Of a DNA stretch of 64,000 bases, positions 1 through 10,648 are shown one piece after another. Source of the stretch: Candidatus Omnitrophota bacterium (GTDB lineage Bacteria > Omnitrophota > Gorgyraeia > Gygaellales > Profunditerraquicolaceae); NCBI GenBank assembly GCA_026416665.1, contig JAOAET010000051.1:75800-139799 (forward strand). Direction: 5' to 3'. A program made the position numbers and the translations under genes. Numbering within the stretch: position 1 is the first letter of the stretch; the number at the start of each line of letters is the position of its first letter. The notes beneath the pieces are model-generated. The model searched no databases and had not been told where the DNA came from. It saw nothing but the letters and a program-made list of their open reading frames with translations.

Positions 1-983
1 GCTTTTACAGTCAAAGGATTAGCATTAACAATTAAGTTAAAATCACCTATTGCGCCATTAAAATTGGTTGGTTTTCCTTCCTCAGGCAAGTCAAGAATAA
101 CTAAAGGTATTGCCGTTGATTCTAGTTCCATCGGAAATAACTCATATCTACCAAAAAAGTCATCAAAGATATCATCCTTGAAAAATCCACTAAAGAAATC
201 GTCGTCAAAAACTGAAGGTATCCGTTGTCTATGCTTACGCACCACCAGATTACAAGATAACTTCGCTGGACCTAAAGTAAACTCACCTGGTTTTATAGCA
301 AAAAGATTGGTAGAGAATTCTACTACATCATAAATTATGCCTGCCAATTGCTCACGGTATTGCCGTGGCTGTCCAAAGGCTTCAATAGAAAAGGACTTTG
401 ACTCTAGAACAGGCAGATGTATATCCCGCACAGCTAAGTTGTTGACATAAAGCTTTACACTTATGGGGACTAACTCATTGATAAAAAGTTTTCTTTTAGG
501 AATTGATAGAACTATAAATATTCTATCTTTTAAATCTTCTCTAGAGATTCCCAAAGAGGCATCGCTATCTGTTTGAGGTCTATTCGGTTGCAACTGACCT
601 GTGGGGGCAGAAATTACTTCTATCTCAATTGGTTTTGATTGATAAGTCTTTTGATTAACTTTTACTGAAAAAGGACCTAAAGTAAACTTACCTGTTTTAA
701 GTGGCAGTAAAGTGAAAACATGTGTGATAGAAGAATTTACTACCCCGTTGACTATTGAAATACTGCTTGAGGGGCCTAGATAATTTACTTTAAAATCATT
801 AATTTTAGGCAAATCCGGCGGTGGCAGATTATTTGTTCCATGGAAGGTAAAGTATAATTGTACTGGTTCTCCCACAACTACCTGACTTCGCTCTACACTA
901 ACTTCAAACTGAATATCTGCTGCTGTGGTTATAGCAGCTGTTATTCCTATTATTATTAAAGTTATAATACTTATTCTTTTCAT
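1..983 (-). CDS. BatD-like (oxygen-tolerance operon) protein, 3'-truncated by window edge; ATG at 983
   Basis: Own translation of the reverse strand from 983 runs open to position 1. N-terminal signal/TM (MKRISIITLIIIGITAAITTAA). Two repeated beta-rich BatD-type domains (VSVERSQVVVGEPVQLYFTF..., ...FAIKPGEFTLGPAKL). Sits last in a moxR-DUF58-batA-batB-batC gene order. The listed + ORF 64-333 is antisense to it. Confidence 0.55.
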   Translation of the reverse strand, partial: MKRISIITLIIIGITAAITTAADIQFEVSVERSQVVVGEPVQLYFTFHGTNNLPPPDLPKINDFKVNYLGPSSSISIVNGVVNSSITHVFTLLPLKTGKFTLGPFSVKVNQKTYQSKPIEIEVISAPTGQLQPNRPQTDSDASLGISREDLKDRIFIVLSIPKRKLFINELVPISVKLYVNNLAVRDIHLPVLESKSFSIEAFGQPRQYREQLAGIIYDVVEFSTNLFAIKPGEFTLGPAKLSCNLVVRKHRQRIPSVFDDDFFSGFFKDDIFDDFFGRYELFPMELESTAIPLVILDLPEEGKPTNFNGAIGDFNLIVNANPLTVK

Positions 984-1008
984 CGTAAAAATTTAAAAGG
1001 TATCTTTC

Positions 1009-2019
1009 CTACCAATCTTTAATCACTACACCATCATAGCGCAATGAATCTTTCTTGTCTATAGAATCTAAACTTTGGCTATTTCCATATCGGTCAAGTA
1101 AAGCCTGGGCCTGTTCAGTGGTCAATTCCTCTATAGAACCATTCTGCCCTTGTTGGCCCTCTTGTTCACTTCTTGATTTATTCTCTCTTTCTCTCTGTTG
1201 GTCAGTAGCTTGCTGTGGTTGGGTTATTTGATTTTGGTCTTGGTCTTCTTGGCTGCCTTGTTCTGTTTTCTCTTTTTGCTCTTCCTGCTCTTCTTGTTCA
1301 AAATTTTTCTGTTGCTCAGCTTGTTCCTTTTGGCTATCTTGATTTGTCTCTTTTTGGTCTGAATCTGAAGGTTTCTGTTGCCCTTGCTGCTGTTGTTTCT
1401 GATTATCTTTGTCAGTAGAGCTTGTTCCAGATTCATCTTGCTTCTGCTGAGAATCTTTCTTAAGAGGGCATTGTTGGTCTTGGTTTTCTTGCTTCTGTTG
1501 TTTTAATTTATCAAGTAAAATCTTAAGCCTACGTTCAACAAATTCATGATTAAATCTTGCATCTTTATTCTTTTGGTCAAGTTCAATGGCTCGCTTGTAA
1601 TAATCTAAAGCAGAGCGATAATGAGCAATAGCTGCCTCTAAATCTATCTGTTCCTTGCGCCTGCCTATCTGGTAATGGGTATTCCCTATATTATACAATG
1701 CATCTGCTTCTATTATTTTATCTTGAGTAGCTAAGGATTTTGTAAAGTGCTCCAAGGCCTTTTCATAATCACCCTTTTTATAATAACTTGTTCCCATATT
1801 AAAAGCCAATGTCTCCGATTCAGGCAAACCTAAGCTTGCCTGATGATACTGCTCAATTGCCTGGTCAAACTTTCCTTGGTGATAGAGTTGTTTTGCCTTT
1901 TTCATTGCCTCTTTGGCTACAGAGGAAGTTGCAGCAAAACAGGAATCTATATTTTGTGATAATAAGTAGATAAAGAAAATAACCGTTATATAATTTTTAA
2001 TTTTTTTTGCCCTGCTCAT
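1009..2019 (-). CDS. BatC-like TPR-repeat protein with ~150-aa Q/E/K/D-rich low-complexity C-terminal tail
   Basis: N-terminal signal/TM, TPR-like repeats (AFNMGTSYYKKGDYEKALEHF, ALYNIGNTHYQIG), then QQKQENQDQQ...EQEEQEEQKEK low-complexity tail. Position after two vWA genes matches BatC. 4-nt overlap with the upstream gene. Confidence 0.7.
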   Translation of the reverse strand: MSRAKKIKNYITVIFFIYLLSQNIDSCFAATSSVAKEAMKKAKQLYHQGKFDQAIEQYHQASLGLPESETLAFNMGTSYYKKGDYEKALEHFTKSLATQDKIIEADALYNIGNTHYQIGRRKEQIDLEAAIAHYRSALDYYKRAIELDQKNKDARFNHEFVERRLKILLDKLKQQKQENQDQQCPLKKDSQQKQDESGTSSTDKDNQKQQQQGQQKPSDSDQKETNQDSQKEQAEQQKNFEQEEQEEQKEKTEQGSQEDQDQNQITQPQQATDQQRERENKSRSEQEGQQGQNGSIEELTTEQAQALLDRYGNSQSLDSIDKKDSLRYDGVVIKDW

Positions 2020-3017
2020 ACTTTTCTTCTACTGGTTACTAACCATTCTAAAGCTAACAAAATCCAAGCACAAAGTAAGGGAATTTGAAAACGTTCTTCG
2101 TATTGTTTGGCCATTTTTGTCTCTAACTGTCTTTTCTCAAGTTGAAAGATACGCTGACTATACAATAAATCCAGTCCAAATTCTTTTGACTGGGCACGCA
2201 CATAGCTACCGCCGGTCAATAAAGCAATCTTCTGTAAAGTCTCTTCATCAAGTCGTGTCTTTACTACCGCACCTGTTCTGTCTTTTAAAAACACTTGATT
2301 ACCTTTTTCATCAACTAAAGGAATTAGCTCACCTTCTGGTGTGCCAATTCCAATACAAAAAATCTTAATTCCTTCTTTTTTTGCTAATTCAGCTGCTTTC
2401 ATTGTATCACCTTCGTGTGCTTCGCCATCAGTAATCAAAATAAGTACCTTGTACTTTTTTACTCCACTTTGAAAACTTTCAATAGCCCGATAAATAGCTG
2501 AAGCAAGACTAGTTCCGCCACGAGGGATGGTATTTACATTGAGGTCTCTTACTGATAGCAAAAAACCATTATAATCAACAGTTAGTGGACACTGCACAAA
2601 AGCAGTACCACTAAAGGCAATTAGACCTATTCTATCACCAGATAATTGCTTGACAAAATCTTCTAAGGCAAGTTTTGTGCGCTCTAGCCGGCTTGGCTTA
2701 ATATCTTCCGCTAACATGCTCTTTGACACATCTACTGCTACCATAATGTCTAACCCTTTGCGCTTGACCTCTTGCCAACGAAAACCCCACTGCGGTCGCA
2801 TAAGTGCAACTACTAAAAAAACAAGACTACTTACTAAAATTATCTGTTTTACATAAAGTAACTTTGGATTGAACGTTTTAGTCAATATTGATATTAATTG
2901 CTTATCTGCAAACTTCTCCAATGCCTTTTTCCGTCTTTGGTTAGCCCATAGATAAAATAAAACCAGACCTAAAATAAGCCATATTAAATTTACGTATCCA
3001 AAAGCTGCCCAGCGCAT
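2016..3017 (-). CDS. BatB-like von Willebrand factor A (vWA) domain membrane protein
   Basis: Two N-terminal TM segments. MIDAS motif DVSKSM (MVAVDVSKSMLAEDI), vWA fold signatures (ILITDGEAHEG). Confidence 0.8.
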   Translation of the reverse strand: MRWAAFGYVNLIWLILGLVLFYLWANQRRKKALEKFADKQLISILTKTFNPKLLYVKQIILVSSLVFLVVALMRPQWGFRWQEVKRKGLDIMVAVDVSKSMLAEDIKPSRLERTKLALEDFVKQLSGDRIGLIAFSGTAFVQCPLTVDYNGFLLSVRDLNVNTIPRGGTSLASAIYRAIESFQSGVKKYKVLILITDGEAHEGDTMKAAELAKKEGIKIFCIGIGTPEGELIPLVDEKGNQVFLKDRTGAVVKTRLDEETLQKIALLTGGSYVRAQSKEFGLDLLYSQRIFQLEKRQLETKMAKQYEERFQIPLLCAWILLALEWLVTSRRKV

Positions 3018-3019
3018 CC

Positions 3020-4015
3020 TTAAGGTAACCTCCTTAAAAAGGTATTCGCCAGTCCTATTTCTGATAAAAGAAAAACCATACTAACTAAAACAAACCCAGA
3101 GAACTTCTCTTCATAATCAACAAAACCTCTTTCCTCAAAACGGCTCTTTTCCATACGGTCAATAGCTGAATAAATCTCTTTTAGTGAGTGTGTGTCTGTA
3201 GCACGGAAATATAAACCGCCGGTTTTAGAAGCAATCTCCTTCAAAGTATCCTCATCAACATCTATCTTCATTGGTTGGTAAATAGTATTGCCAAAAAAAT
3301 CCTTAACTGGATACGGTGCAAGTCCTTTTGTGCCTGCCCCTATGGTATATACTTTCACCTTTAAAGCCTTGGCTGCCTCTGCAGCAAGACGTGGAGAGAT
3401 ATTTCCCGCATTGTTCATTCCGTCTGTCAAAAGGATAACTACTTTGCTTTTTGCCTGCGAATTTTCCAAACGTTTTAAAGAAACCATAATTCCTGAGCCA
3501 ATAGCTGTTCCATCTTCAATCATTCCTATACTTAACCTCTTAAGATTCTCAAGTAACCAAGCATGGTCTAATGTCAAAGGACTAACTGTATAGGCACGCC
3601 CAGCAAAAGCTACAATGCCCATCCGGTCATATCTTCTTCCTAAAATAAACTCTTCAACTACGTTTTTTACTACCTCTAAACGATTTGCCCTTTTACCATT
3701 TAGAGTAAAATCCTCTGCTAACATACTACCGGAGACATCTATTGCTAAAATAATATCTACTCCTTCAGATTCAATACGGCTGTGTTGAATTGGTAGGCGG
3801 AATCTACATAAAGCAAGTGCTAGTAAAATAAGACTAACTAACCTAAAGACCCAGAGGAATCTTAAAAAAATAATTTTTGGTGTCGCCTTAAGTGGCTTAA
3901 ATATTTTTAGCGAGGAAAACCTTATACTGCCGTTATAAAAGAAGCGATTTCCCACATAGATTATTAAGATAGCCAAAGGGATAAGTAAAAGAAAAATTTT
4001 GTCTTGAATAATCAT
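3020..4015 (-). CDS. BatA-like vWA domain membrane protein
   Basis: N-terminal TM segments. MIDAS motif DVSGSM (ILAIDVSGSMLAEDF), LLTDGMNNAG. Confidence 0.8.
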   Translation of the reverse strand: MIIQDKIFLLLIPLAILIIYVGNRFFYNGSIRFSSLKIFKPLKATPKIIFLRFLWVFRLVSLILLALALCRFRLPIQHSRIESEGVDIILAIDVSGSMLAEDFTLNGKRANRLEVVKNVVEEFILGRRYDRMGIVAFAGRAYTVSPLTLDHAWLLENLKRLSIGMIEDGTAIGSGIMVSLKRLENSQAKSKVVILLTDGMNNAGNISPRLAAEAAKALKVKVYTIGAGTKGLAPYPVKDFFGNTIYQPMKIDVDEDTLKEIASKTGGLYFRATDTHSLKEIYSAIDRMEKSRFEERGFVDYEEKFSGFVLVSMVFLLSEIGLANTFLRRLP

Positions 4016-4971
4016 TTTTGTTCAATATTCTTTGCACCTGTTTCTTCAATAAGCATACGCGCAGAATCTAAAGAGCTATTTATTTCTTCTTTATCTGGTT
4101 GGTATTTGGCAAATTTTACTAAATCGCAATGTCCTAAAAAATTACCAAGGAGCTGTTTATGTTTATCTTCTAAACTTGTCTGATCACTGTTTAGCTTGTG
4201 TAGAAACTCCTCCGTAGTCATCTCAGGTGCCCGTATCCCAAAACGATTCTCAAGATATCTGCGGACTATATCAGAAAGTTCGAAATAAAAAAGCTTGTAA
4301 AGCCCTTTCTCAACATACTGCTTATTCTGTAATTCTTCTAAAGCCCTTAAGGCAATTACATCCGCAGGAATAACCGGAGGTTTCTTCTGTTTTTTCTTTC
4401 CCTTTAAAAAATATAGCAGAAAACATACAGCTAAAATAAGTAAAACCACACCCAATATTAGTATCGGCGATTTTTCTGTTATATCCTTCGGACCACGAAT
4501 ATCACGCAACGTCTCTTTTTGTAACGAATTTTCTAAGACACTTTTTACAGTAATAGTTACGTTGTTTGCTTTCAAAGTCTGCCAATCAGATTGCGCCTCT
4601 CTACGGAAACGGATACTTGGGGAATTGATTGTAAGGTTGCCACTTACGTAAGTATCCAAAATATACCATTGCCTCCAATAACTTCTACCTAAAAAAGTCT
4701 TCTTATTAAGGCCAAAATCTTTTATCGCTGATACTCCCAATGCTTCGGCAGTTAGATACTCTATTTCTACCTGCATATCTTTAGGCCCTTCTACTTGAAC
4801 TTCGTATCTAAAATTGTCTCCGATGTTTAAAACATTTTTATTTACTATGGCTTTGACAATAATCTGATTTTGTTTTGCCTTGTTTTTCCAAAGAAAATAG
4901 ATAAAGACAGTCCCACCGACTAGCATTAAAATAAAAAAAACTAAAAATAATCTTTTTTTTCCGATATACAT
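4012..4971 (-). CDS. Two-TM membrane protein: BatD-like beta domain plus DUF4381-like C-terminal region
   Basis: N-terminal TM, beta-rich segment resembling the BatD repeat style, second TM (ILILGVVLLILAVCFLLYFL), then a C-terminal tail (PADVIALRALEEL...YLENRFGIRAPEMTTEEF) of the type found in DUF4381 proteins of Bat operons. ATGA overlap with batA. Confidence 0.45.
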   Translation of the reverse strand: MYIGKKRLFLVFFILMLVGGTVFIYFLWKNKAKQNQIIVKAIVNKNVLNIGDNFRYEVQVEGPKDMQVEIEYLTAEALGVSAIKDFGLNKKTFLGRSYWRQWYILDTYVSGNLTINSPSIRFRREAQSDWQTLKANNVTITVKSVLENSLQKETLRDIRGPKDITEKSPILILGVVLLILAVCFLLYFLKGKKKQKKPPVIPADVIALRALEELQNKQYVEKGLYKLFYFELSDIVRRYLENRFGIRAPEMTTEEFLHKLNSDQTSLEDKHKQLLGNFLGHCDLVKFAKYQPDKEEINSSLDSARMLIEETGAKNIEQK

Positions 4972-4981
4972 CTTTTTTACT

Positions 4982-6148
4982 TTAGAAAAATTCTACATCT
5001 TCTTCTTTTACTGTCTGGCGAAAAATTTCTTGTATAATCTCTTGCTGTTTCATATGCCGATAGTCTGCTTCTACCTGTGGCTTAATTTCTTCAAAAGTTG
5101 GCTGTAGACGATCTTTCTTATCTACAATTAGAAAAAGATAAAATTTATCTTTTATCTTAACCGCATCACTAAGCCAATCTTTATCATGTTGAAAAAACGA
5201 ATTTATTACTTGTTGTGCCTGACCAATATCAGGAATCTGCTGTTCATTCTCGTAAACAGTTACTTCTTTTGCCTGTGGCTCTTTTTCTTTTAACTTTTTT
5301 GCTATCTCTTCTTTTTTATCCAAATTATCAAAATCAAGATAACGAATTTTCACCTGCGCAGGTTGACTGTATCGGTCTTTATTTGCCTGATAATATAACT
5401 TAATGTCTGTTTCACTTAAATTAGACATTTTCTCTTTAATCCTGTCAGATAGAAAACGTTCTACTATCATTTGTTTTTTTATATGCTCAAAAGTTTTACG
5501 CAATTGCCAGTCGGTATCTAAACCTAACCTGATTGCCTTCTGGAAAATAATCTCTTGGGCAACATAATCTTTGATAAACTCTTTTCTCTTTTGTGGGTCA
5601 TCATATTCTTTCCGAGCCCATTCTGGAATAAATGAGAGAGCTTCTTCTATCTGGTCTCTGGTAATAAACTTTTTGTTTATGCGTGCAACAATATCTTTTT
5701 CTTCCTTAGGTTTTGCCCCTACTGCTGTGCGTGCCTCTAACTCATATTTAGCCTGAGAACTTAAACCAATATTTTCTAATGCTGTCACAATTTTTTGCCC
5801 CATCTCATTAGCAAATTGTGCATTGGGAAGCAATAACTCTGCCTTGTAAAAACAACGCAGAGCTTCTTCATACTGTTGATTCTCTAAATAGATATTTCCC
5901 AGCTTATACAGAATCTGTGCCTGTTGTTCTTTGGTAAGCGTTGCTTTATCCAGGTATTCTTGAAATGCCTCTGCTGCCTGTTTCTTTAGTCCCTTGGTTA
6001 AAAGTCTATTTGCAAACTCCAACTGAATACTTAAATCTTCAATGGAAGAAGTTTTTATGGCGGCTTTCAGTTGATACAACTGTATAGATACTAAGGCTAA
6101 AATAGCTATTAAAAATATTAAAACAATTACATTTAAAAACTTCTGCAT
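4982..6148 (-). CDS. Membrane-anchored TPR protein with SurA-N/PpiD-like C-terminal region
   Basis: N-terminal TM (VIVLIFLIAILALVSIQLY), TPR-like repeats (LYKLGNIYLENQQYEEALRCFYKA), and a C-terminal chaperone-like region. Abuts the DUF58 stop codon. Confidence 0.4.
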   Translation of the reverse strand: MQKFLNVIVLIFLIAILALVSIQLYQLKAAIKTSSIEDLSIQLEFANRLLTKGLKKQAAEAFQEYLDKATLTKEQQAQILYKLGNIYLENQQYEEALRCFYKAELLLPNAQFANEMGQKIVTALENIGLSSQAKYELEARTAVGAKPKEEKDIVARINKKFITRDQIEEALSFIPEWARKEYDDPQKRKEFIKDYVAQEIIFQKAIRLGLDTDWQLRKTFEHIKKQMIVERFLSDRIKEKMSNLSETDIKLYYQANKDRYSQPAQVKIRYLDFDNLDKKEEIAKKLKEKEPQAKEVTVYENEQQIPDIGQAQQVINSFFQHDKDWLSDAVKIKDKFYLFLIVDKKDRLQPTFEEIKPQVEADYRHMKQQEIIQEIFRQTVKEEDVEFF

Positions 6149-7030
6149 CTAACGCAACCTCCTTTCCCGCATTCGGAAAAATTGGAAGAGCATTCGGTTA
6201 TATGGTAAATCAGAACGCAGATTAATGCTATCTATACCAATGCGTTCGAAGGTCTTCTTAAGCCCTTCTTGAACTAATCGTGCCTGTTCTGCAAATTCGC
6301 TACGGATTTGCCTACTTGAGGTATCTATACAAGCAGTCACATCAGTTTCCGCATCTTCAAATTGCACTATCCCTATGTCAGGAATACTAATTTCTCTGGG
6401 GTCAGTAAGGGTAATTGCCACCACATCATGACGCTTATTAGCCACAGCTAATTGTTTCTCAAAATCTCTTTCGCTTAAAAAATCCGAAATGACGAAAACT
6501 ACGCTTTTACGTTTACAAACCTTTCCAAGATATTCTAAAGCCATTGCGATATCTGTTTTTTTACTCTGACCAGTTAAATAAAGTGCATCACGGATAATCC
6601 TCAAGATGTGTCGTAAACCTTTCTTCGGCGGAATAAATTCCTCTACCCTATCAGAAAAAGCAAGGAAACCTACTTTGTCATTATTTCTTATAGCTGCTAA
6701 AGCTAATAAGGCACATATATGTGCAGCTAAAGTGCGCTTTAATTTCTGGCTGGTACCAAAGTAAATTGAGCCAGATATATCCATGACCAATAAGACAGTC
6801 AGTTCTCTTTCCTCAACAAACTTTTTGACATAAGGATGCCCCAATCTTGCTGTTACATTCCAATCAATAGTGCGCACCTCGTCCCCTGGTTGATAAGGAC
6901 GCACTTCTTCAAATTCTATTCCTCGCCCCTTAAAGACACTTTGATATTGCCCACAGAACACGTCATTAACCATTCGGGAAGTAGTAATTTCAATACGACG
7001 AATCTGTTGTAAAACTTCTTTAGGAATCAT
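6149..7030 (-). CDS. DUF58 family protein (MoxR partner, vWA-like)
   Basis: Position immediately downstream of moxR. Sequence style (DWNVTARLGHPYVKKFVEERELTVLLVMDISGS) typical of DUF58. Confidence 0.75.
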   Translation of the reverse strand: MIPKEVLQQIRRIEITTSRMVNDVFCGQYQSVFKGRGIEFEEVRPYQPGDEVRTIDWNVTARLGHPYVKKFVEERELTVLLVMDISGSIYFGTSQKLKRTLAAHICALLALAAIRNNDKVGFLAFSDRVEEFIPPKKGLRHILRIIRDALYLTGQSKKTDIAMALEYLGKVCKRKSVVFVISDFLSERDFEKQLAVANKRHDVVAITLTDPREISIPDIGIVQFEDAETDVTACIDTSSRQIRSEFAEQARLVQEGLKKTFERIGIDSINLRSDLPYNRMLFQFFRMRERRLR

Positions 7031-7040
7031 AGATATTTTG

Positions 7041-8036
7041 TTAAGGAACTTCTATTTCTTCAAATACGCGTTTTATTATATCTTCAGATGTCTTATTTTC
7101 TGCCTCTGCCTCAAAACTTACAATTATCCTATGGCGCAATACATCAGGACCCACGGACTTAACATCTTGAGGTGTAACATAGCCTCTCTGCTGAAGAAAT
7201 GCATAGGCTTTACTGGCAACCGTTAGATAAATGGTAGCGCGAGGTGATGCTCCGTATTGAATAAGGTCTACTAAATCTTTTAAATTGTAATCACTGGGTT
7301 TACGAGTAGCAAAAACAATATCCAGAATATATTTTTCAATTTTTTCATCCATATAAATTTCATTCACTACTTGCCTTGCTCGTTTAATATCCTTGGGACC
7401 AATTACTGCTGCAACTTCAATTTTTTTGTCAGTTACAGCATATTCCTTTAGAATTTTCTGTTCTTCTTCCCGAGAAGGATAGGTTAGGTTTATCTTAAGC
7501 ATAAAGCGGTCAACTTGTGCCTCTGGTAATGGATAGGTCCCTTCTTGTTCAATAGGGTTTTGGGTAGCCATAACCAAAAAAGGCTCTTCCAGCTTAAAGG
7601 TCTGCTCACCAATAGTAACTTGGCGTTCCTGCATTGCCTCTAATAAAGCACTCTGCACCTTTGCTGGCGCACGGTTAATTTCATCAGCTAAGATAATATT
7701 GGCAAAGATAGGACCCTTTTTTGTAGTAAAGGTGCCGTCTTTGGGATTGTAGATTAGTGTTCCAATAAGGTCAGCAGGAAGTAAATCCGGGGTAAATTGA
7801 ATCCTTTGGAATTTTGCCTGAATTGCTTCAGCTAAAGTTTTTACAGAAAGTGTCTTGGCAAGACCAGGGACACCTTCTACCAGAACATGCCCATTTGCTA
7901 AAAGTCCTATCAAAAGTCTATCAATAAGATAACGTTGTCCGATAATAACTTTTTCTATCTGCTGTCTTAAAACACTAATAAAAGCACTTTCTTGCTTGAC
8001 TTTCTCATTAATCGCTGTTAGACCCGTATAACTCAT
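7041..8036 (-). CDS. moxR: MoxR-family AAA+ ATPase
   Basis: Walker A GVPGLAKT, Walker B ILADEINRA, MoxR length (~330 aa) and conserved C-terminal region. Confidence 0.9.
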   Translation of the reverse strand: MSYTGLTAINEKVKQESAFISVLRQQIEKVIIGQRYLIDRLLIGLLANGHVLVEGVPGLAKTLSVKTLAEAIQAKFQRIQFTPDLLPADLIGTLIYNPKDGTFTTKKGPIFANIILADEINRAPAKVQSALLEAMQERQVTIGEQTFKLEEPFLVMATQNPIEQEGTYPLPEAQVDRFMLKINLTYPSREEEQKILKEYAVTDKKIEVAAVIGPKDIKRARQVVNEIYMDEKIEKYILDIVFATRKPSDYNLKDLVDLIQYGASPRATIYLTVASKAYAFLQQRGYVTPQDVKSVGPDVLRHRIIVSFEAEAENKTSEDIIKRVFEEIEVP

Positions 8037-8245
8037 AGACTCCTCCTATTTGTTTCTTGTTTTGTTCCTAATGACTCATTGCAGTTTACACAACGATAAT
8101 CATAAAGTTCACCATCAGGTAGAACTAACAACAATATCTCCCGAACTGGCATTGACCTTTTACAGTTTGGACAATACAGGTAAGTAGCGCTCATGCGCTC
8201 AAATTGTCTTTGTTGATTGTCATTTTCTTCTGGAATAAACCACAT
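8033..8245 (-). CDS. Small zinc-ribbon protein (CxxC...CxxC)
   Basis: 70 aa, CPNC-x23-CVNC. ATG verified. ATGA overlap with the moxR start suggests co-translation. Confidence 0.45.
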   Translation of the reverse strand: MWFIPEENDNQQRQFERMSATYLYCPNCKRSMPVREILLLVLPDGELYDYRCVNCNESLGTKQETNRRSL

Positions 8246-8265
8246 GAGATTATGGTAAGGAATAT

Positions 8266-8457
8266 TTATGAGGCCAAATTTGTTCTGTCCATTTCATAAA
8301 GTGCATTACCACACCAACGGCATTTTTTTTCATCCTCACGGTAACCATCTACCATAAGACACTTACGACAACGGTAATTACCACCTGATGATTTAAATGC
8401 TCCGTACTCTTTCTGCAGTGCTAGGATATCAACATTTTTTAGAACATTCTCATGCAT
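8266..8457 (-). CDS. Small zinc-ribbon protein (CxxC...CxxC)
   Basis: 63 aa, CRKC-x15-CRWC. Strong SD (GGAGGTG) 8 nt upstream of the ATG. Confidence 0.55.
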   Translation of the reverse strand: MHENVLKNVDILALQKEYGAFKSSGGNYRCRKCLMVDGYREDEKKCRWCGNALYEMDRTNLAS

Positions 8458-8490
8458 ATACCTGACACCTCCAGAAAGTAAAAGGCAGAT

Positions 8491-8532
8491 AAAAGGGTTG
8501 CCCCTGTTTAAACAGAGGCAACCCTTTTCTTT
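8491..8532 (-). terminator. Intrinsic terminator-like hairpin downstream of groEL
   Basis: GGGTTGCCCCTG/CAGAGGCAACCC 12-bp stem (1 mismatch), 6-nt loop TTTAAA, flanked by A-run and T-run, 15 nt after the groEL stop. Confidence 0.55.
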
Positions 8533-8546
8533 ATTGTGTTATAGGA

Positions 8547-10172
<1,626 letters not shown>

Positions 10173-10192
10173 TCACCTCTCCTTTCTTTAAA

Positions 10193-10483
10193 TTAATCAT
10201 TAATAATTGCTAAAACATCTTCTTCCCTGATAATAAGGTGCTCTTCACCATCAATCTTTATCTCTGTTCCTGCATATTTTCCATAGAGAATGCGATCCCC
10301 TGGTTTGACCTCTAAAGGCTGAATCTTACCATCTTCAAGCACCTTACCTTTACCTACAGCAATAACTTTCCCCTCTTGGGGTTTTTCCTTTGCTGTATCA
10401 GGTAAAATAATACCACCTTTGGTTCTTTCTTCTGCCTCCAAAGGTTTTACCAGGATCCTGTCTGCCAACGGTGTAATCTTCAT
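10193..10483 (-). CDS. groS: Co-chaperonin GroES (Hsp10); start moved to internal ATG
   Basis: [29 protein letters not shown] is the canonical GroES N-terminus. SD GGAGCAGG precedes ATG at 10483. The track's longer 131-aa ORF adds a non-conserved 35-aa extension. Confidence 0.9.
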   Translation of the reverse strand: MKITPLADRILVKPLEAEERTKGGIILPDTAKEKPQEGKVIAVGKGKVLEDGKIQPLEVKPGDRILYGKYAGTEIKIDGEEHLIIREEDVLAIIND

Positions 10484-10648
10484 ACCATCCTGCTCCTTTC
10501 TGTTAATAGGTTGTTGAACTTTACTATTATAACCTAATCTTTTTTGTGGTAAAATTGTTTTTTTACCACCAGAGATTTTTTTAGACAAAATTTTTTATTG
10601 CTTTCACCTCCTTCCAGATTAAACCATTTATCTTACTTAAATTTATTC

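Noticed and set aside
64-333. 89-aa plus-strand ORF
   Set aside because: Lies antisense inside the long minus-strand BatD-like reading frame (open from 983 to the window edge). Low-complexity K/S-rich product, no SD.
1215-1436. Two overlapping small ORFs (67 aa +, 70 aa -)
   Set aside because: Both fall inside the repetitive Q/E/K-rich tail-coding tract of the BatC-like gene. Their products are pure low-complexity artefacts of the repeat.
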